Source of the DNA: Bugula neritina | Taxonomy: Eukaryota; Animalia; Bryozoa | DNA: 64,000 nt | Direction of reading: 5' to 3' | Assembly: GCA_964035545.1 (NCBI GenBank) | Contig: OZ037769.1 | Span: 2,666,001-2,730,000, forward strand | Shown: positions 12,401-24,600 of the stretch, one piece after another | Numbering within the stretch: the stretch's first letter is position 1 | Layout: every line of letters starts with the position of its first letter | Translations under genes and position numbers: made by a program | Notes under the pieces: generated by a model | What the model was told of the DNA's origin: nothing | What the model saw: the letters and a program-made list of their open reading frames with translations, nothing else | The model's database searches: none

Positions 12401-12576
12401 AATGGTGCTTTTATTGCAGGGAGGCGGCCAAAGAATGTCGCAGGAAAAAGAAAGAGTATGTTAAGTGTTTGGAAAATAGAGTCGCTGTGTTGGAAAACCA
12501 GAATAAGGCGCTGATCGAAGAACTCAAGAGCTTGAAAGAGCTGTATTGTCAGAAAGATTCTGTGGGAATGTTATAG
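9459..12576 (+). CDS. CREB: cAMP-response element-binding protein (CREB1/CREM/ATF1 family), about 224 aa
   Basis: Coding exons 9459-9491, 10072-10288, 11070-11165, 11637-11808, 12420-12576 (675 nt, phases consistent). KID RRELLARRPSYRKILNDLS, Q2-like GAIQ..GLQTLTM, bZIP RKRELRLLKNREAAKECRRKKKEYVKCLENRVAVLENQNKALIEELKSLKELYC. The start exon is less certain than the rest. Confidence 0.95.
9804..10058. repeat. About 22-bp minisatellite (GCACTGTGACAGGTGTGTCATAT), roughly 11 copies, ending at the KID-exon acceptor
   Basis: Tandem units, each with an internal TGACA...TGTCA inverted repeat and usually CAGGTG. Confidence 0.93.
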
Positions 12577-13095
12577 TGCAATCCATCGCTATGGTTACGG
12601 AGCTGTCAATAGTTCCGTGCATGCAATCAGCAGGCAAAGCTAAAGCTCACTGACTTCCTTCTAGGATTCAACTCCTTCGGATTCGCTTTTCAGCTTTGCC
12701 TTAGAAAATAACTAGTTTCTAGGTCTGATTATATTTTTTGTTTTGGTAGTTACCACGGTAACGAGTGATGCAACAGTTTCCTGATTAACTTGTTACTGGA
12801 TACAAGCTACATCCTGTTTGACAGACTAGGTTCTCATGTTAGATTATGCTGATATATCAATATTCTTATCTTATCATGTATATACTTTTCTCAACATATT
12901 CCAACAAGCGCAGAGTAGTCCAGTAACATATTACCATTAAAATATCTACGGATTGTGTTTGCGTTATTATGTATTTTTAAAACTGATATTCTACATAATA
13001 TATATTATTTTATAAAAAAATGTTCATATAATTATGTTCTGTTGCAGCTATGGAATTACCAGTCTGTTAACTGAATATATATTTACTTTATACAA

Positions 13096-13117
13096 AATAA
13101 ATATTATAATATTTATT
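13096..13117. terminator. Palindromic bidirectional polyadenylation signal
   Basis: AATAAATATTATAATATTTATT is its own reverse complement. AATAAA lies on + at 13096-13101 and on - at 13112-13117, between convergent genes. Confidence 0.65.
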
Positions 13118-13655
13118 CACAGTACAAATTGAAATAGTCATGTGTGTATTTATCATTGCCTGGTCTACATGTAAAACATTGCTAAGGGTTTTGCAAGATT
13201 GCAAAATTATAGCCAACTGGAAAGTTGATTCATGCAGCTATATGCAAATTACTAGAAAGATAAAGGCGGTGGGTTTAAGTTCCATGGAAGTTGATGTATT
13301 TGTGTCAAGTTCAGTAGAGGTGCAGGTGTGTAAAGGTACTACCAGGTGAAGAGTTCAACAACCAGGCCCTGTGAGATGAAGTGTTATAAGTATGAATATA
13401 TCACATCACTAATCATTATACAATACATCTTGCTCAACATTATGTAGATTGACTTGGCAGCCAGAAATCTATGATGTCATTCCAGTTTGAAATTAACACT
13501 TATTCAACCTTTTCTGGCGCAAATTGTAAAGTTATGTAAACTAACTTGAATTTAAAGATGATTAATCAGAAACATATTGCTAATATATATTACATTGTAT
13601 ATAATACATATTATATATATTATTATAATGAATTGCCGCAACTAAGTTGACACAG

Positions 13656-16600
13656 CTATATGTCACCGTTGACATTTGAATTAGAACTTCTGTAGTTGAA
13701 AAGACGTCTGGTAGATCTTCTGCTAATTTCTTTTAACTGGTGGCTGGTGGCCTTTGACCTGGACGTAGGCCTGGTGGTAGATGACTCCAAGTTTTGCTCA
13801 GATTTTACTGGGACAGTTTTCAGTAACCCAGCTGTTGCAGGCGAAGTTTCCGAGAGTCCTATGTTCAAAGGCAAAGCTTTCAGTGGGCCTGGTTTAGTGG
13901 GTGGAGGCAGATGGCGGTGCTCAGCAGAACGTCTTTTCAACTTTGTGAATACATCATCTGCAGCTAATCTGGCAGACTGAAACACAGCACAAGTATGAGT
14001 CATATGCCACAAAATAGTAGCCAATAGCAGGGCCTGCAGGGTATACGTGACGTTACACACTCTATCCTGTGCCAGCAACTTGAAACTTGACTTTTCTAAA
14101 GAAATTCAAGGGTCAAACCATTTTAAAGTGATTTCAGATAATAAAGTTAGCATTTAGAGTCAGTACTATAAAAGCTTTGCAGATTTCACTGCATTGATTG
14201 GGCCTGCATACTCCACACGCGCCGTTACGTTACGCCAACATATGTAGAGGCTCTGGAACACCTCACAAATCTAAACTTACTGCAAACTGCTCCAGCTTTT
14301 TGGGCATACTCTTGGAGTTAAGGGAGCAGCGAATCGCGACATCGCTTGAGTCATCGGTTAGAGAACAGTCGTCATTGGCCGACACGTAAGTTGCACTGCT
14401 GCCAGACCCTATGGCGAGACAGCGAGATGTCATTAAGGACAAAAATTAACAACAATTTCGATTCCATTTAAAATGTGTGTTGAATCAAAACTCAGTGCTT
14501 AGGATTTCAAAGCATTTAAAATATCAGAAGTTACTCCATACCATCTGAAAGGCGACGGCTGGCACTTCTGCTTCGTCTCTTAGGCGCGCCCTTCCCCAGC
14601 ACATCCTGTTTGCGCCTGGCTGGCGTGAGTGACCTTGACCTACTCTGCTAAAAAAAATCAAGAAATATTTTAAGCATTCCAGCATAGAAGGCAATGACTG
14701 CACATGAAACGGAGATATGTTAATAGAAATCTTTACAACAGCATCAACACAGCGATGTGGTCCTGGTACCATTATCGCTAGAGTATCGACAGGATAACAT
14801 ATTGCTACAGTTATAATGGTAGTATGAATGTTTAGATAATGCAGAGGTGACAACTCCCAACAACATACATTTATTTGAGACCAAGTCATAAACATGGAAA
14901 CTCACTCGTTTATTTGCTCCATTTTCTATCTTTCTGCTTTCACTTGTTCGACTTTCTACAACTTTACCAGGATTTGGTTGTTGTCTGCCCTGTTCATGAG
15001 ATACAGCACTGAGATTTGCATCATTATAAGGAGTTGTGTTCTCAGCAGTTAGTGACAAAGCTACGTTACCATGACTACCAGTACACGATGAGCCAGGAGT
15101 CCCTTGTACAGTGTTTACCAGTTCATGTTGGCCATCGCTACTCATCTCTCTATCTTCTATTGCTGTAACAGGTTGGGTTGTCATCTCTTGTGTTGGAGGT
15201 AGTAAACTGCAACAGAGTCAAAACTGAAAATACCAAAAGCTGTAGCAACCTAAAAACCACCCTTTTTAATTACAATAACACTACAATTACCGTAACTATT
15301 ATATTATTACATTTAATATAACCACTGTATTATTACTTAACTCCTATAATTATTGTAACTACTATAACTATTATATTATTGTTACAACTTCTATAATTGA
15401 TACAGTTTTACAATTATTAAAATTGCCGTATTATATGCATTAAAACACAACTAAAAAGTTAAATCTAGTAGAGAAGTCATAAACTGTATAAAATCATACG
15501 ACATGCTGAGACACCAAGAGCAATATAAGAAAATATTTTACTCACCTGTCAGGTAAATCTGGTATCACATCTGCTGATAATGTTGGTACTGTCTGGTAAC
15601 ATTCTAAGGTACTCTCCCGATGAGCGGATACTTTAGCAGCGTGTTGAAATTCGGCAGACTGGTGTTTTGAGCTGAATTTCTTATCTTCGCTACAAAAGAT
15701 ATTTCATAGACATCCCAAAACAGGCTGATTCCATTATAACGCCGTGTTCTAAGAGATACCAATCTAATGCAAACTATACAGTTCAACATATAATACACAA
15801 TATAGATAAAATAAATTAAAATAAAATGTAATGCAATGCAATGATCTGGTGAAATAAATTTAAAACTTTCAACAATTTGCAAATTGTCTTAACGTTTTAA
15901 CTAAGAGAGAGTTTAATGCAAGTTTATGTGACTTAATTTATTAATCATTCTTCACTCTACTATTTCCACTACATTTAAAATGAAATAACCTAATTGGGAA
16001 ACCAATTACTGTATGTGCTGTAATTAATAATAATTGTGTTGAAATAAACAACAAACAGAAATATGACTCATAAGCTAGAACAGATAAATTGATAAACATA
16101 CAATGCCATGTTTCAATATGAATACCGGCGTCTGCAGAGTATAGGAATAAACATACCATGTGACCTGCTTCTCCCTCCTTGACAGTCGAATAGATAGAGC
16201 AGAACTGTCAGAAGAATTCTCTGGGGTAGACCCTGACTTGTGTACTGACGTGACAGGAGTTGTGTGCTCAACGAGGTCATGCTTCTCATTCTGTATAAAC
16301 AAACTATTGAGTGAAGACTCATCCTTCTGCAACACTAGCAAAAAGCAGACAACTCCAGCGATGAGTCATCAGCCAAAATACAACAGGAAACAAACTCAGA
16401 TGATGGGTAGTTGTTGTGTGGCTGACTGAATAGTCTGAAAATACTGCTACCAAGCAGGTTTTTTAGACTAAACACTCACTGAAACCCTACATTCATTAAA
16501 AAGCTCTGCACACATTTTACATTGGCGTACTGGACATGCAGCTAGAGTACACTCAGTTACCCCACGACTACTTCGCTAGATCAACACACATACAGTTTCA

Positions 16601-17649
16601 ACTCAAAACAATAGAATATAACTGGTCACCTTTGATATGAGTTGACCTTCCCCTTGACTTCTTCTGCATGTTACACTCTTGTTAGAGGTGGCCGGCTGCG
16701 TTGGCTGGCCTATGAAGCAACCTTCCCCAACTGCTATCAACAAGCACTGTTATTTAGTGATGTCATAGTATTAAACAGTAGGATCAAAACAACACATTAC
16801 TGTAAATGTAGCTCACCCTGAAGTTCACAGCTCTCTTCTACTCCTACAGATAGTTGCTTTGCTGACTACAAGAGCAAAAGAAACCAAAAATAGTAACACA
16901 CATTTACATTTCTTCAACTTGTAGCCTTACACAACAATTTATAATCTTTTCATATCGTTTATTGTAAGGTCTAAATTAAAACTATCTAATTGGAGTACTA
17001 ATAGCAGTGCTAGTGGAATACTAACAGCAGTACTAGTGGAGTAGTAACAGCAGTACTATTAGAGTACTAACAGCAGAACTAGTAGAGTACTAATAGCAGT
17101 TATATGCTCAGAGATATATGTACTGTTGAGTATAATACAGTAGCTAAAGAGTTAACCGTAATAGTGTATATAGTATACCTGTGTTGTAGTGTACTGCCCA
17201 CAGGTATGACATGGATGTAGTTTAGAAGAGGAGACAACTCTGTGTTGAGGTGACTCACTTGATATTTTCGGCACATCTTGTGTTAGAAGATTCTGTCGAG
17301 TTGTAGAGCTGCATGAAGGAGCAAAAGACTGAATCATGAGCAGACGATTCAAATGATAGGATAGACTTGAGAGTCTTTGACAGATTGATACGCAAGAAGT
17401 GACAAAAAACATCAATAATCTATTTAAATATAAGACATGTAGTACAAATATTTAAATGGTAATATGCTATTTGTATCATTCAGTATTACTGGTTGAATAA
17501 GTTATCAGTGAGAGTTACACTTACCGACTAGATAAGTTATTAGTGTGAGAGTTGGATGTACACACGCTGCAGGCGTCATCTACCTCAAAGTTGGTAAATC
17601 TTGAATAGATGTACTTAAATACTTGACTAAGCCAATTCCAAACAGCCAT
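13656..17649 (-). CDS. Uncharacterised Ser/Thr/Arg-rich, probably disordered protein, about 517 aa, 10 coding exons
   Basis: Exons (-): 17649-17525, 17308-17179, 16865-16817, 16709-16630, 16326-16157, 15689-15546, 15206-14906, 14647-14542, 14408-14281, 13976-13656. All are GT-AG and phase-compatible, 1554 nt with no internal stop. Starts MAVWNWLSQVFKYIYSRF. No family recognised. Confidence 0.75.
16992..17100. repeat. Degenerate 24-bp tandem repeat (AGTACTAACAGCAGTACTAGTGG-like), intronic
   Basis: About 4 imperfect copies with trinucleotide substructure. Confidence 0.8.
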
Positions 17650-18225
17650 ACAGTCGAGTTGGCTGTAACAAGAAAAAGAATAGTCGCCAGAAAGATGCAT
17701 GTTTTCTATTCTAGTTTCCACACATACAGTAATTTCAAACATATATGACCTTGACTTAGCCTGTGGTAGAATCAAACACATTTTTACTGCAAGAGGGAAA
17801 GTTAAACTGTAATATTGATACTCACCTACAGTTATTGAGATAAGAAAGGTAATAGTTGAAAGCTCTCAAATTGAGACATGATAAAGACAGGCACAATGTA
17901 ACAAATGATATGAAACTCGCATTTCTTCACCCATCCTACTAGGCAGGTCTAACTGATAGATTGGGTTCAACAATAAAAGGAAAATAATACACATTCTCAA
18001 CATAATTTCCAACTAATTTGTAACTAAAAATTCAACTGTCAATTGATCTGTTTGTAGAAAAAATTTATTTATATAAAAATCATTAAAATTTTACATTATT
18101 GGAGAAAATCCTAATAAAAAATAGCTGCTTGCTTAAAACAAAATTAAACCTAAATATTATTGTTTGATATTATCTTATAGCCTTGATATTACTGGCTGAA
18201 TTTAGAAACTTTTATAGCCTAAGCT

Positions 18226-18765
18226 TCAGTTGATTTCTTCAATAATTGGAGGGAGGGAGCTGTCACCAGCCTCACACCCTGGTAGCTTTATATTGTCAGA
18301 AGTTACTTCATTATTTTCACCATGTAACGGTGATTGTGTTTTGTCATCAGTCGCAATATCCGGTGTAAAAGCTAGCCTTATTTCCACACATGGACCTTCA
18401 GTTTCTGAGTCTGTATCAGAACCACTCCCACTATCAGACTCACTATCATCTTTCTCTATTAGTGTAAAGTTAATGGGTTTCACTGGTGGTTCACTCCCAC
18501 TCGTTTGACTCATAAACATCTTCATCCGATTAAGTAAACTACTTTCGCCAACTTTATAAATGTTTGGTTTTACAAGAGGTTTTGTACCATTTACTGTAGC
18601 ATCTTCTTTTTGGTCCAGACATAACATAGCAGGGTATGAGTCATGATTAGTGCAAGCAAGTAATTCAGTGTTAGTGTCAGCTTTGACAGGCTGTGTAGGT
18701 GCTATTGCATCATCTAATCCTCGACTATCTGCCTCAACAGAAGTGTATCCAACATCGTGTGGCAT
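18226..18765 (-). CDS. NOP protein chaperone 1 / C12orf45 (DUF4598)-like protein, 179 aa, single coding exon
   Basis: SSLLNRMKMFM...NFTLIEKD, an acidic Ser tract, GPCVEIRLAF and C-terminal PIIEEIN resemble DUF4598 from memory. Acceptor TTTATTTGCAG at 18789-18790 lies just upstream of the ATG. AATAAA(-) at 18064-18069. Confidence 0.6.
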   Translation of the reverse strand: MPHDVGYTSVEADSRGLDDAIAPTQPVKADTNTELLACTNHDSYPAMLCLDQKEDATVNGTKPLVKPNIYKVGESSLLNRMKMFMSQTSGSEPPVKPINFTLIEKDDSESDSGSGSDTDSETEGPCVEIRLAFTPDIATDDKTQSPLHGENNEVTSDNIKLPGCEAGDSSLPPIIEEIN

Positions 18766-19899
18766 TACAATGAGCTTGAATTAAATTATCTGCAAATAAA
18801 AACACATCCACAATATAATATACTATTATTTCTTAATTAAACCATTTGCTCACCATCATTATCTACTATATATCTTGGTAATAACCAAACTTAAAAATGG
18901 GAAATCAAGTTTCTATTAAATCAAATTTGTGAACCTTTGTGATGAATAGTATTGAAAAGTTTAGGTTCAACTATTATGAGATTATAACTACTTTTGTAAC
19001 TAAAACACTAGTCTTAGTTGTTAGATTAACAAATGTCAAGAAGTAACAAATTCCAGTTTCTAATTGTGCCATTTTTACGAAGATATATTGTGTTTACGTA
19101 TAATCAAAACCATCTAAGTTTTGACAAATAAACAGTAAGAGTGAGGCACATCAACTGAGCTACTTCAAAAACTACTGAAATAATTAATTATTCAACTGTT
19201 ATAAGTTGTAAAACATAAATTTCAGCAGTTCCAGCTTTATTTTGAACATACATGTTTTCATTAAATGCAGTGCAAAAATATGTAGAAACTGCAATGACAA
19301 CCTAACATCCAAGTTCTAACACTTTCACTGACAATCAGTATCACAGTGACCAAAAGGGATTCTGATTTTTTATAAAAATAAATAATATACTGCAGTTTAT
19401 TTTGTTTCTAATGGCAATGATTCGATCAATAATGATCATAAGAATACAATTTAAAAAAACTAAAATCATGTGAACGTTGAATAACAACCCCAATGGTCAA
19501 TAATATATTTAATGACAATAGCAATGAGTGAATTGTGCTGTATGTGTATCAATTGAATTTAAAACTTAAAGGTCTTAAGAGTTGTTTCTAAAAATGTCGA
19601 TTATAATTACTAATAGTAATACTATTAGCACTAGTATCATCAAGGGCAAGAGTAGAAGTATGATACTCATAAATTTAAAAATCACATTGATATACTTATA
19701 GTTACTATTAAATAATATTACCATTATGATATACTGATTACAAGTTTTAGTTTGAGTGACACTTTTTTGATAATATAAATTAAAATTAATACTTTTAGTA
19801 TTAGTAAATTAAAAGTTATCACATTAACCAAGTTATAAATTCAAACTCAAAATTCGGTTATGACAGTGATTATCATCAAGTTGTCGATTAACTTACGAG

Positions 19900-20370
19900 T
19901 TAAGTCTAACTTGAGACCAAGTAGTTTATAATTATTATCAACTTTAAGTAATAACTATAAGTGAACTATAACTATAGGCTAATAGTAATAGTAATAGTAA
20001 TACTGTAAGTGTAACTATAAGCATAACTATTATAATTATGTATAACTATAAATATAAGTATATGAATAAGTATTAACTTTAACTTTTAAGTATTACTATT
20101 AGTATTAGTATTACTATTAGTATTAGATTTACTTTTACAGTTTTACTTTTAGTGGCCAGGTGTTGGTAGTGATAAACTTTAACTTTAAGTTTAACAGTGA
20201 GTGTAACACTTAACTGCAAGTGTAACTGGCTAAAATGTAAAGAGTAAAGACCATGCTCTATAGTCATAGCGATGGTTACTTAGTTGATGTTGCATACTAA
20301 TACTTGATTACTTGGAGTTGGTAATGCTAATACTAATTACTATTAGACTTGGTATTAGTAAATAAGTAAT
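19900..20370. repeat. Heterogeneous 6-bp-periodic low-complexity tract
   Basis: Examples: ACTATT AGTATT AGTATT ACTATT AGTATT AGATTT ACTTTT and TTTAAC TTTAAG TTTAAC AGTGAG TGTAAC. Confidence 0.8.
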
Positions 20371-21330
20371 AACAACCATGTTGAAGAAAAACCTTGACCT
20401 TAGATTCTTTAGCAACAAACTAAATTTATTTTAGACGATCATAACGAGCTGATAAACAATAACAAAGTGCGCTCTCGCTCTTTTTTTGGTGGAATAAGTT
20501 GTGCTTAGATCACATGCCAGAAAGATACAAAGACGGAGAGGAGTGCATAACTCCAACGCTTCAAATATCCACCAATTTCTTTTATGTGCTTGTAATACAA
20601 ATTCTAGTGGCATTTAGCAACTTCAAATTCCAAGCTTAGCACAGTTTTGAAAAACCTCATTTGGTTGGCATGATAGCTGTTAGATAAAATTGTAAAAATT
20701 TGAAAAGATGAAGAGTTAAGCATTAATGTTTTCAGTCCATTATGTCATGTTGAACCATACAGAAGATACAGTTTGTGAGTACCAGGAAAACATAGGCCTA
20801 CTATTATTAGTGATTTATTCGCTTACTGACCAAACTAAACGATATCATTAGAGAAGTTAAAATGAATATACATGAATAAAAAAAGTGCAATAGAGTAAAT
20901 CACAAAATTTAGAATAAATATTTTCTGGCAAGAAAAGTAATGGAAGGGTTAAAATTACACAACAGGTTAAACACCTATAAATTTGCATCTGATTGTGGAC
21001 TTATTGCTCTATAAATTATGGAATGACTACATTTTATAAATATACTAGTTTAAATTATATTCAAATCTTGAGAACTAAATCATTTAAAATGACTTTTTCA
21101 CAGCCATTAAGTAGTCATTAGTTGACTATATTATATGAAATAAAGACTAGAATTGTCATAAACTATACTTCTACTGTCTAATACTGAAAGTCAACAATAT
21201 TTTCTGAATGTCGTGCAAAAAAGTGAATTGGCACACGAAAAAGCCAAATAAAAGGCAAAGCTATCACAAGAAAATCACAAATAATTAAAAAACATTTGTC
21301 TACAGCCTACAATTTGTATCAGTGTTTACT

Positions 21331-23953
21331 TTATGGATCCTTTGCTACTTGTTTTTTAAGGCTGCTGCAGAAGCTCGCTATGGCACTTGGGATTGCCATC
21401 TCAACTAAGGACGTGGGTACTTGGCCACCGATATCGGCTTGCACGATGTAAACAAGTCGAGTTTTATTAGGCTTACTACAAAACAAATATAATAAATATA
21501 TAGACAAACTGCTTCAAACTATTACTCTCCAATCTCTGCATGAGTAAAAACATTAAAAACGTGACCAGTTGCAAGTCAACAGCAAAGTTAATAGCAAAAT
21601 ACTACATGGTGTAGAAGTTTTCATTTCAGTGGTGCAATTAGAAGAGATAAATTCCAACCTGCATTGTCAAATTATAATAAACAAAGAATCAAAACTAAGA
21701 TTTCCTACAATTCAGTGTTCGTGAAACTATTTTCAGTTTGTTTAAACTTTCTTGAAACTTTCTCTAGTTTGAATCTAAAGCTGTTCGAAGATAACTCTTG
21801 TAGCGTAATTGGTTAGCGTGCCTGCTAGCAAGCCAGAGGTCTGTGGTTGAAATCCCAGTGAGGGAGATTATTTTACAACTGAAGTTAGTGAATAGAGTGC
21901 TGCCTATGGACGATGACATCACTACATGTCAGCATGCTATAGTGTTCACTACTAGATGGGTACTTACCCTTCTATCCTGAAACACAAGACTCCACAGTAA
22001 TGATTGAACCCTCTGACATATTGTGACACAGGAGGACACGACTCTAATGTAACACTCTCCCCTGTATCAAAGTAGCAAGTGCTGGATTTACTAATAGAGA
22101 ATGCAACTCCCAAAAATTATTTTGATTTCAATATTTTCAATTTAGACTATATTATACAATAAAACAGTTTATCCACAAAAGAGAATCCATCATTTGGTAA
22201 ACGAAATTAAATTGTGAGAAAAATTTTAAGACTGCTTTCAGAAGATTGTCTGTAACTTACTGTGTATGTTTCACAGTATATACACTTAGTAACTTACTGT
22301 GTATGTTTCACAGCATATACACTTAGTAACTTACTGTGTATGTTTCACAGTATATGCACTCAATATGCTAACCTGGTGTAAGTTTATACACTGTATATGT
22401 AAAGAAAAAACGTGCATCTTACCCATAGTTCCTACCACTTTCTCGTTGTTTACATTAACTATGAGATCTACGAAATCCCGAGCTGATATCATACCCATGG
22501 CAGCGCTATGACTCATCGTACGAAGGATATACACTTCCTGAAAATAGTCTAGAGCCTAAACAAACATATATTCTCAGACTTGTGCAACTCAAATAAATGC
22601 CATGTGTGTTTAACTTTAGTTCTCATATACAACTAGGGTGGTAAAGGAGCAAAAAAGCTATAAATTTGCATTATTTTAGTTGAAACAGGGTTAGCATTGC
22701 TAAACTACATACCACCAAATGATTTAATATAAAATCGTCAGACGTGAAATAGAAATAATATATATTATAAAATTTAAGAACAATCAGCAGAATGCGCATT
22801 ATACCGGCCACTGATCCTTGTAAATCGTCTGTATGACTTCCAGCTCTTTGATGGAAGAGTCCCATGTAGCCCGAGTGCCTTCCGGTTTGGAGTTACAGTG
22901 ATGGAAACAGGTCTCAGGGCTACCATCTATCATACACTCCGCTTTAAACCTGTAGATGAGAACTAAGACTACACATCTTCTACCCACCTGCTTGTTAACA
23001 CAGGAATAGAGTTCATTACCCGCACTATTCAATTTGCACACTAACTTCTTCAATAATCTATATGTTAAGGGTCAGTTGCTTCTTTATATTTATGAATGGC
23101 CAATTACTGCTTTTGAAATGCGACATAATGGATAAATTACACACGCAGTGTTAGCGTATCAATACATCAGTGTGTGTTGATGTACTATACTTGGTGACTG
23201 GTTAATATGCCGAATAACTTTTCTCATCAACCGTAGCTAACAAATGCTACCTGTAACTAAATTTAGCATAAAACAAGAGATACGGGTAGACAAAAAGCTG
23301 CTGATTACAGATTTATCACAACAAATAAGGCTATCAATATGAGGGACTCACTTACATTCGGCCATTGAACAGAGTAGACTGTTTCGAGTAAATTTTCATT
23401 TGTTCACTCTAAAAGCATAAACAACACATACGTTGTAAATAAATAACACAAACATTGTACATAAAAAACATATATATTATAAATAATACATATATTATAA
23501 ATATAAAAAATATACTTCATAAATAACACAGGCATTATAAAAATGACACATACCTTGTAAATAAATAACATATAATACATTATAAGTAGCACATATATAT
23601 CTTATAAATAATTAAACATACCAAAAAATTTGATGACATTCTTTTTAGTAGAAACACACATGTACAAATTTCTCTCTTACCAAAAACATGGAATGATTCA
23701 ATAAATTAAAATATACGGCTGCCAAAAGTCATGACCATTGGTTTGCAAAATTTAATTTAAATGAAAACATATCTGACGAGTAAGCTTGCCAAGTATGTGC
23801 GACTAAAAAGAGTTTCCAGAGAGCTCATGCAGCTGCGCTACATACCTCTGATTGCTTTACTAGTTGCCAGCCATCTCCTTCACCTTCAGAAGCACAGCTC
23901 ATAATCTGTCTGCGCAGTTCATCTATCTTGGAGGGGATCGTAGTCAGGTCCAT
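21331..23953 (-). CDS. STARD5: START-domain sterol/lipid transfer protein, STARD4/5/6 subfamily (STARD5-like), about 219 aa
   Basis: Exons (-): 23953-23846, 23408-23356, 22949-22805, 22537-22423, 22061-21968, 21475-21331 (660 nt). Motifs GW, RATWD, SAAMGMISARDFVDL, CPPVSQYVRGFNHYCG, ADIGGQVP. The symbol denotes the closest subfamily member, not proven orthology. Confidence 0.9.
21794..21865 (+). mobile_element. Degenerate tRNA-like sequence (SINE head or tRNA pseudogene) in the last STARD intron
   Basis: A-box-like TAGCGTAATTGG, loop CTAGCAA (AGC anticodon position) and B-box-like GGTTGAAATCCC at tRNA spacing. The stems pair poorly. Confidence 0.55.
22252..22358. repeat. 37-bp tandem repeat, 3 copies, intronic
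   Basis: GTAACTTACTGTGTATGTTTCACAGYATATACACTTA repeated. Confidence 0.93.
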
Positions 23954-24339
23954 TATAGCTGTAGATGAATCAAAGTTGAACACAGATTTTAAGAAGAATT
24001 AGTTTAATTTAGGCTCATTGCTCAGCAGCTTGAAAGTTGCAATATAAATATATTATCTAAATAAAATATAAATGAAAGATTCATGGAACTATACAAGAAT
24101 ATATGAAACTAATTGATGTAAGTGTTGTTACTTGTATATTATGCAGCATTAAAGGCAATGCAATGGACGCTGCGGAGAATTTTTATCAAACCAAATAAAT
24201 TCGGCTTCATGAACTTATTGGTCGCAGATTTAACTTTATACAAATTGAAAATCAAAATGCAATCAAATTATTCAGATAATTTTAATTTACAATAAATAGA
24301 TAACAACTTCCCCCCCCCCCCCCCTGCTCAGTAATTTTT

Positions 24340-24600
24340 AACTATTACTATTAGTATTACTATTAGTATTAGTAGGCTGTTACTATTACTATAACTATAA
24401 ATCAAAATCTTGTACAATAACAATAATAAATAATAAATTATAATTATATTTATGACTACAAGTACTGTTGTCTGTTAGTGTTACTATAACTATAAGATTG
24501 AGTATAAGTATCAGTATGAGTATAAGTATATCAATATGAGTTAGTACTTACACTAATTAGTAATTTATAATTATTATTAATTTAAGATTACTTTCAAGTC
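24340..24600. repeat. Heterogeneous 6-bp-periodic tract, preceded by poly-C at 24309-24324
   Basis: ACTATT ACTATT AGTATT ... ACTATA ACTATA AGATTG AGTATA AGTATC AGTATG AGTATA. Confidence 0.8.

Noticed and set aside
13696-13980. 94-aa + strand ORF (also 16160..16429 and 18230..18508)
   Set aside because: Antisense shadows of - strand coding exons.
20079-20267. ORF with alternating hydrophobic residues
   Set aside because: By-product of the 6-bp-periodic tract, with no splice context.
21794-21865. Functional tRNA-Ala(AGC)
   Set aside because: Acceptor, anticodon and T stems are mismatched and the T-loop lacks TTC. Kept only as tRNA-derived.
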